Under the pieces are notes generated by a model that was not told the origin of the DNA, searched no databases, and saw only the letters and a list, made by a program, of their open reading frames with translations. DNA of 64,000 nt, taken from Octopus bimaculoides. Taxonomy: Eukaryota. The position numbers and the translations under genes were made by a program. The stretch spans positions 6,800,126-6,864,125 of the forward strand of contig NC_068990.1 in the NCBI RefSeq assembly GCF_001194135.2. The letters run 5' to 3'. Below, one piece after another: positions 55,889 through 64,000 of this stretch; position 1 is the stretch's first letter, and each line of letters opens with the position of its first letter.

Positions 55889-56142
55889 AGTGGAGGCGCG
55901 TGGCTTAGTGGTTAGGGTGTCAGCATCATGATCTTAAGATTGTGGTTTCGATTCCTGGACCGGGCGACGCGTTGTGTTCTTGAGCAAAACACTTCATTTT
56001 ACGTTGCTCCAGTCCACTCAGCTGGCAAAGATGAGTAACGCTGCGATGGACTGGCGTCCCGTCCAGCTGGGGAACGCATACGCCACAGAAACCGGGAAAC
56101 AGGAGCCTGGCAAGGCTTTAAAAGGGCGCATTTATTTATTTT
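55889..56142 (+). mobile_element. tRNA-derived SINE (second family), full length with TSD
   Basis: A box TGGCTTAGTGG, B box GGTTTCGATTCC, central TTGTGTTCTTGAGCAAAACACTT, (TTTA)n tail. Perfect 14-bp TSD TATATACTCTTCAG at 55875-55888 and 56143-56156. Confidence 0.92.
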
Positions 56143-56699
56143 TATATACTCTTCAGTACCAAATAATCGCACGATATAAACTAGAATCAACAATAAAACA
56201 AACATACAAATTGACCAAACACTCATTTGTTGTGTAAACCTGTTCGATTATCAGGAAAGTCCTTTAAATAAATAAGTCTTTGATGTCTGTTGTTCAGGAC
56301 AATTAAAATACCAGCATTTTAGAAAAATATTTTGAGCTCCTTTCTTTTATTTTTCCCCTCCTTTCTCGCGCCACCTTCTGGAAGAGAATAATATACTTCG
56401 AAAAAAACTAACACAACTGCTTTTTTTTTTTACGATGCCTGAAAGGTAATTAGAGAAAATTCTACTTTTCTCTACTTTCTCTGTTTGTTCCTTTTATCGC
56501 TTAGCAAAGAGGAACTTTCTCTAATTACACTTCTTGAATAATATCGATTGTTTACCATTAATACTAAGCAATGAAGGAAGGGAAATACTAAAAAAATATC
56601 AATAATTAATTTCATATTACTCAAAAACTTATCTTGGAAAAAAAGTAAGGCTTGGAGCTCATGCGTTGCATATCTAGATCATTCCCTCTCTCTCTCTCG

Positions 56700-56765
<66 letters not shown>

Positions 56766-57473
56766 TTCTCACACACACACACACACACACTCACACAACA
56801 CACACACACACACATACACAACACACACACATGTACACTCGCACAGCCACAAACACACACATATTTGTATATATGTATGAGGGTATACATAAATATGTAT
56901 AAATGTGTATGTGTGTGTNNNNNNNNNNNNNNNNNNNNNNNNNNNNNNNNNNNNNNNNNNNNNNNNNNNNNNNNNNNNNNNNNNNNNNNNNNNNNNNNNN
57001 NNNNNNNNNNNNNNNNNNNNNNNNNNNNNNNNNNNNNNNNNNNNNNNNNNNNNNNNNNNNNNNNNNNNNNNNNNNNNNNNNNNNNNNNNNNNNNNNNNNN
57101 NNNNNNNNNNNNNNNNNNNNNNNNNNNNNNNNNNNNNNNNNNNNNNNNNNNNNNNNNNNNNNNNNNNNNNNNNNNNNNNNNNNNNNNNNNNNNNNNNNNN
57201 NNNNNNNNNNNNNNNNNNNNNNNNNNNNNNTTTATATATATATATTTATATTTATATATTTATATATTTGATCCTTTATATTGAACACTCAATATTTCAT
57301 CTACATTCAATACTTTATTTCATGGTGCCATCCATTTTTATTTTATTTTATATTATATATTGTATATTATATTATATATTGTATATTCCATATTCTATAT
57401 CCCACATTGGTTCTGCAGGAATATAGATAAAACATAAAAAACAGACAGTGTTGGAACTCTTTTAAACAAAATA

Positions 57474-57536
<63 letters not shown>

Positions 57537-57631
57537 TGTGAATATATAAATGTATATATGTATATGTATTCATATGTAGCTATACTACATATATATGTGT
57601 ATGGGTGTGTGTGTAGTGTATATATGCATAT

Positions 57632-58101
57632 TTATTTATTTATTTATGGGTTTCAGCCAAGTGGCTGCGGTCATGCTGGTGCACCACCGTGATTTTCCGT
57701 CTTTATGCTGTGCTCTCTTCACTTTCCTTGCATGGCTCTTCTCCCCCACCTGATATGGTCCAATCAAGAGTTTTGATGGCACATCTGGTGTATAAGAGAA
57801 TTTGACATCGCTGCCCTAAACTGCATCTCATTACGAGCCATTGGTTCGTCTGGTATCGTGGAGAGGAAAGCGTCAAGTTTTGTCTTGAATACCTCCACAT
57901 CCATGTCTTGTAGGTCTCTCAAATGTTTTAGCAGGGCATTGAAGAGCTGAGGTCCTCTGAAACCGAGGCTGCTGCAGTATCTCGTTCTTACGTGAGATGC
58001 AGTGGACGGCACCTTTGGCACCATGCAGTGGCGACCCGTGCGGGCATTCCTGTAGTACTTGATGCCAAAGTTTGGCACCAGTCCTTCCAGTATTTTTCAT
58101 A
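57632..58101 (-). mobile_element. CR1-group LINE 3' end (ORF2 C-terminus, 3' UTR, tail)
   Basis: - strand reads RYVIIYI*KILEGLVPNFGIKYY...GPQLFNALLKHLRDL...FKTKLDAFLSTIPDEP...RAAMSNSL. It ends in GGTGCACCAGCATGACCGCAGCCACTTGGCTGAAAC and (TAAA)n. The 5' side runs into an N gap. Confidence 0.85.
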
Positions 58102-59116
58102 TGTATATTATTACATATCTCNNNNNNNNNNNNNNNNNNNNNNNNNNNNNNNNNNNNNNNNNNNNNNNNNNNNNNNNNNNNNNNNNNNNNNNNNNNNNNN
58201 NNNNNNNNNNNNNNNNNNNNNNNNNNNNNNNNNNNNNNNNNNNNNNNNNNNNNNNNNNNNNNNNNNNNNNNNNNNNNNNNNNNNNNNNNNNNNNNNNNNN
58301 NNNNNNNNNNNNNNNNNNNNNNNNNNNNNNNNNNNNNNNNNNNNNNNNNNNNNNNNNNNNNNNNNNNNNNNNNNNNNNNNNNNNNNNNNNNNNNNNNNNN
58401 NNNNNNNNNNNNNNNNNNNNNNNNNNNNNNNNNNNNNNNNNNNNNNNNNNNNNNNNNNNNNNNNNNNNNNNNNNNNNNNNNNNNNNNNNNNNNNNNNNNN
58501 NNNNNNNNNNNNNNNNNNNNNNNNNNNNNNNNNNNNNNNNNNNNNNNNNNNNNNNNNNNNNNNNNNNNNNNNNNNNNNNNNNNNNNNNNNNNNNNNNNNN
58601 NNNNNNNNNNNNNNNNNNNNNNNNNNNNNNNNNNNNNNNNNNNNNNNNNNNNNNNNNNNNNNNNNNNNNNNNNNNNNNNNNNNNNNNNNNNNNNNNNNNN
58701 NNNNNNNNNNNNNNNNNNNNNNNNNNNNNNNNNNNNNNNNNNNNNNNNNNNNNNNNNNNNNNNNNNNNNNNNNNNNNNNNNNNNNNNNNNNNNNNNNNNN
58801 NNNNNNNNNNNNNNNNNNNNNNNNNNNNNNNNNNNNNNNNNNNNNNNNNNNNNNNNNNNNNNNNNNNNNNNNNNNNNNNNNNNNNNNNNNNNNNNNNNNN
58901 NNNNNNNNNNNNNNNNNNNNNNNNNNNNNNNNNNNNNNNNNNNNNNNNNNNNNNNNNNNNNNNNNNNNNNNNNNNNNNNNNNNNNNNNNNNNNNNNNNNN
59001 NNNNNNNNNNNNNNNNNNNNNNNNNNNNNNNNNNNNNNNNNNNNNNNNNNNNNNNNNNNNNNNNNNNNNNNNNNNNNNNNNNNNNNNNNNNNNNNNNNNN
59101 NNNNNNNNNNNNNNNA
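58102..59116. other. Largest assembly gap (one of many N runs)
   Basis: Run of N. Other large gaps are near 12447-12700, 28297-28790, 35818-36300, 44461-44892 and 56919-57230. Confidence 0.99.
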
Positions 59117-59387
59117 TATATATATACCTACATACATACAAACGCACATACATATATATGTGTGTGTGTGTGAATGTATATACGCATATATATATGTATA
59201 TATGTTTATATATATATATATGCATAATGTGCATATATGTGTGCATAAATATAGGCATATATGTGTGTGTAAATATAGGCATATGTATATATATGCTTAT
59301 ATATATATGTGTGTGTACGTGTGTGTGTATTTCTGTATAGAAATATCGATATATTTTAATGCATGAGCGTGCGTGTATGTGCGCGTG

Positions 59388-59425
<38 letters not shown>

Positions 59426-59439
59426 TGTGTGCGTGTGTG

Positions 59440-59800
59440 TGTGTGTGCGCGTGCGTGCGTGCGCGAGTCTACATGTATGTATGTGCACATTTTTAACATG
59501 CTCTTGCGAATTGGATCACAAAGCATTTTGCTGCGGAGTGTTATAAGGAATAAATTTCTCTCTATAGAATTTCACGTTCCAATATAAAGGAGCTTCTTAA
59601 AACGAACTTACATATGCTAATATTTACTTTCGTTACATTATGCTTTTATATCATATATACATATATATTTATCCATAGATATATATGTATATATATAATA
59701 TATATACATGTTTATGCATATATGCATATATATATATGAGTGTGTGTTGGTATATATATGTATATATGTAATATATACATATAGATATGTGTGAATATAT

Positions 59801-59855
<55 letters not shown>

Positions 59856-59965
59856 AAAGCACCCCGCAGCAAAATGTTTTTGTGCTCCAATGCGCAAGAG
59901 CATGTTAAAAACGAATGTGCACACACACACGCATGCAGACTCACGCACACACACACACACATACA
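59440..59965. repeat. Inverted repeat / fold-back
   Basis: 59482-59540 is the near reverse complement of 59860-59922. The similarity extends outward (GCGCGAGTCTACATG vs CATGCAGACTCACGC) into flanking (GT)n/(CA)n tracts. Confidence 0.9.
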
Positions 59966-60034
59966 CGCACGCCATGATACTTCGCTAGCCACTAAACCTT
60001 TTCCTATTTTCTCTCCCTGTTTATTTTCGTGTTC

Positions 60035-60070
60035 CTTTCTGTCGAAGAGCGTAGGCCCGATACGTAAAAG
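60035..60070 (+). ncRNA. Degenerate minimal hammerhead-like motif
   Basis: CTTT-CTGTCGA-A-GAGC-GTAG-GCCC-GAT-ACGT-A-AAAG. 4-bp stem I and palindromic ACGT stem III, with core mismatches at A6 and A14. Confidence 0.45.
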
Positions 60071-60157
60071 ACTTTCTCACTTCTCGAGCGTTAAATCAAT
60101 ACATCTGTTCGTTGTTTACACACCCGTCTTCGTCTTTTGTTTTTTGTAAATTCTCAC

Positions 60158-60190
<33 letters not shown>

Positions 60191-60209
60191 GCATACATAC
60201 ATACGTACA

Positions 60210-60242
<33 letters not shown>

Positions 60243-61171
60243 TCTTACATATGAAATTTCTTGTTCCGTAACTAATTAAAATACCACTGTTGATAAAATA
60301 CTCAATTGCAGTGGGATTGCGAATGTCTCTTCTGATGTGAATTGCACTTTGATTCCCATGAAGTGCATGGTACCCCGTGTTGTACTTCTGAGAGGATCTA
60401 ACATTCTAGTGTGTAACAGATGATTCACCCATAGAGCTAATATTCAATTAAATAATACGTTAGGCATCGGTGATTGTCACATGGCTGTTGATGATTTCCC
60501 TGTGGATATCAACCCATCATAAATCAAACTGAACATTATCAACACTGTTCTTACAATGATGGAGTACTTTACAAAAGAAAACATCAATTTCCGTCAGTTC
60601 TATCAAATTAATGCTAAACGTGAACGTGCTAAATGAGACATATATATCACTTTGGGAAAGAGAATTCTTGAAAACAACTATTTAACCTAACAATAAGTAG
60701 CATTCTGTTATGGATTCGGATTTTTCTCCGATTTTTTCTTCTTGTAAAACTGAGACAGAAGACAAGTTTGGGAAACAAAAAAAAATTGGTTAAAGTTTTC
60801 TTATAGATGCTATGAAATGTGCTGAATGAGTATTGACGAGATATGTATTGCTAAGTAGAGATATGCACTCCTAGTATTTGTTGCAGAGACAGAGGAAAGA
60901 AACAGAATAGGACTTTAATTATGCAATATGTTCTTCATGAAAACCGCAACAATTTCGCTTTTAGGTTGTTTAGACTGCCATTCGTGCAATGTAAAATATT
61001 ATTGATGTCTTTGTAGAATTTGTGTGTGTAGAGGTAGGTTTCATGCCGATTACTTCGGTGTGATAAACTCTTCCTTTCTTTGAGAAAGAGGACTGCTGTA
61101 ATTTTCTCATGTTGCAACTACATCTGTCAATATATATGTATATAAGTTTCAATATATAAGTTTCAAATTAT

Positions 61172-61379
61172 GGCACAAGGCCAGAAAGTTCTGAGTAGGG
61201 GTAAGTCAATCACGTCGACCTCGGTACCCAAATAGTACTTATTTTATCGACCTCGAAATAATGAAAGGTAAAGTCGACCTCGGCGGAATTTGAACTCAGA
61301 ACGGAAAGACGGACAAATTAAAAATTACCACTAAACATTTTACTTAGCGTGCTGACGATTCTGCCAGTTCGACGCCTTA
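61172..61379 (-). mobile_element. SINE copy (15880 family)
   Basis: Contains AAAGTCGACCTCGGCGGAATTTGAACTCAGAACG...GATTCTGCCAGTTCGACGCCTTA. Confidence 0.88.
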
Positions 61380-61416
61380 TATTTCACCATATATACATAT
61401 ATACATATATATATAA

Positions 61417-61458
<42 letters not shown>

Positions 61459-64000
61459 CATATATATNNNNNNNNNNNNNNNNNNNNNNNNNNNNNNNNN
61501 NNNNNNNNNNNNNNNNNNNNNNNNNNNNNNNNNNNNNNNNNNNNNNNNNNNNNNNNNNNNNNNNNNNNNNNNNNNNNNNNNNNNNNNNNNNNNNNNNNNN
61601 NNNNNNNNNNNNNNNNNNNNNNNNNNNNNNNNNNNNNNNNNNNNNNNATATATATATATATATAAAATTTTATATACACAGATATCTACACATAAAATGG
61701 CAACCATCTGCAAACAGCGAATTTCTTGTGAGCAAGAAACCATCTTCCTAAAAACAAAACAAATAAAACATTGCTTGTTTACAATAACTAACCTATATTT
61801 TGATATTTTGTCATACCAAACTTAACGTTGACTTTTATGCGCATAGACAATGTCGGAAGGCCAAGGCCTGACCTATGTTCTGTAGTTATTGATTTTTAAA
61901 GCAAACTAGTACAGATATTTCTTTTTTTAAAATTAATACGAAATATTAAATGTAAAAGCAAAAAATTCGGTTAGTATACCTACAACTTTCTCATGAATTT
62001 GGACACTTTTATAGTCTCTAAAAATAAAATAATTGAGTTGATATAAATATATTTTAACTCACATCTTATAAGGCAAGACATTTTTTCAAATTCGTTTTAT
62101 GTTTCGCTTACCCAAGAGCTGCTGTGATAGAGCTTGAACGGTGTAGAAGCCCTTAAGCCCTTAAGTAAATGTTCAAATAGGTTTAACGGAATTCTGACTT
62201 AAAAGTGGTGCTACCGAATTACAAATTGAGTCCACCACTCTAGTCATGTGCATAAGATATAGGAAAGTACTAGTCATTCAAAACCTCGACATAGTTTCAT
62301 TGAATCGGAGAAATGTTTTGAAAACACTTCAAGAGAAGACCACAGGTTCATTTGGGGATGAAAGACGAGATACTTTGCCAGCATATTATGGACAAGTCAG
62401 CCAAATATTAATGCCAGCTATGTTACATCTACCAGTCTATGTTCGCACCGCATCATTTCTAAGAGAAAAAACATCAGTATGGCATCGCGTTTATCACTAA
62501 ACACCTTCTCAAAATTTAGCTTTCGTAAAAAATTGGGCCAAGCAACAAATCCGACCTAGGTATAGTTATGCATGCAAGGAAACTCACTTTGCATCTTTTA
62601 TTGACGCCTGGGCAAAATGAGAACGGAGATGTCGTGTATGATATTTCATAGGCAAATGATGAATGGCAAGGAATGTAAATCTTAAACTTTTTTTAAAATA
62701 AAACCTTTCCTGTTAGCGACAAGAAAACTTTACAGAGACGATAGCTTCCTAGTCTCACTCAATAAGAGTGAACACAAATGGGATGGATTTAAAAAAGTTT
62801 TCATGAATTTATTTATTAAAATAAGATTACATGTATAAAGTGGATATAAATCCCACAACAACTATATTTTAGACATTACTTATTTTGTTACAAATTTATT
62901 CAGCCATTACCAAATGAAATTTTATTTCTGAATCTAAGAGTTCTATCCACCAACCAAACATTTTTACTATTTTAATTATTAAGCGTATTTCATCAGTTTC
63001 ATTCGGATGAACTTCAATTTAACAATGCTGTTCGTTATTATAATACCGTACAAGGCGCTGGGTTTGCAGAATAGTTGGAGCGTGTGCATTTTATCTGTTC
63101 TTTATGTTCTGATTTAAAATTCTCTCAGTTCAACTTTGCCTTTCATTCCTCCGGTATTGATAGAATAATTGTACAACCCAAGAAATGGCTTTATGCCGGG
63201 ATACGAAACAAATATAATAATGCAACACACTATAACAGTTACTTTTCCAAGAAAATAGACTACGTGCCAAAATACAATGATTCAAAGTGTACCATAGAGT
63301 TTGTATGAGAGAGACCCAAACTAAACTGTTCCTATCTTTAGGCATCTTTCATAAATTCCCTTTCAATTTTCAACGATCCACGAATACAACAGCATCATTA
63401 ATGGAAATCCGATTACAGTAAGCTATGCTTCCAGTAAAAAACGTTACAAATTCCAATTACCATACTAAATTATTTTCTTGTACAGTTAATTCATTTTCTG
63501 CTCCTACTTTCAACTGAATTAATCGTAATAATTCCCACTTGATGGTAACTATCTGGCAAAGTCATTAGTATGCTTAGCCAAGTTACACCTAGATAACAGA
63601 TCTGTGACAAAAATATACTCGATTAACAGGATTTTAATTATCTTCTTTTTATCAATACCGATACACTTTTAGCAAGCCAAACAGGAAACTTACAATGAAA
63701 AATAGGTAATACTTCTTGAGAACAAGAAACTAACGTTTACTAAAGATTACTTAACCATGAATGCATATTTATTCATACACTAGTTCTTATGAGTGTAAAC
63801 ACTTGTACGTATGCATTTGCAAGCTTTTAGAGATATATGCACATTCACATATTTGTATTTATGTGTGTAAAATATATTTCCTCATGAGCTGCGATGCATC
63901 AAAATTGACAGCCAAGGTTTCGTGTCTCTCACTCAGATTCTCACACTCCGAAGACCCAGCCCAACCCGATTCGGCCGTAGCTTGTATCTCATCAACGTCT

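Noticed and set aside
55892-55965. tRNA-like sequence with A and B boxes
   Set aside because: It continues into a SINE body and tail and is flanked by a 14-bp TSD. It is a SINE head, not a tRNA gene. The same applies to the stub at about 27305-27338.
57873-59366. Long ORFs of 350-469 aa, and similar X-rich or poly-amino-acid ORFs elsewhere
   Set aside because: They are open only because of N gaps and microsatellites.

Overview
AT-rich animal genomic DNA, dense in microsatellites and broken by many N gaps. The repeat content looks like an octopus/cephalopod draft assembly (inference, not verified). The only host coding sequence I can support is three + strand exons (14339-14439, 18713-18827, 54975-55128). 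They have GT-AG boundaries, splice in frame, and encode TM1 to the start of TM4 of a class B1 (secretin-family) GPCR, most like CRF/DH44-type receptors. The two introns are 4,273 and 36,147 bp; the N-terminal and later exons were not found in the window. Everything else is intronic: about 20 tRNA-derived SINE copies, CR1-like, Tx1-like and Penelope-like (PLE) retroelement remnants, three Tc1/mariner fossils, an internally deleted Helitron and a hAT-Charlie MITE. The most notable signal is a set of six minimal type I hammerhead-ribozyme-like motifs with palindromic stem III. One of them (44905-44947) is structurally complete, carries the compensatory U3-A8 core pair, and sits at the 3' end of a PLE. 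Most long ORFs in the supplied track are microsatellite or N-gap artefacts.
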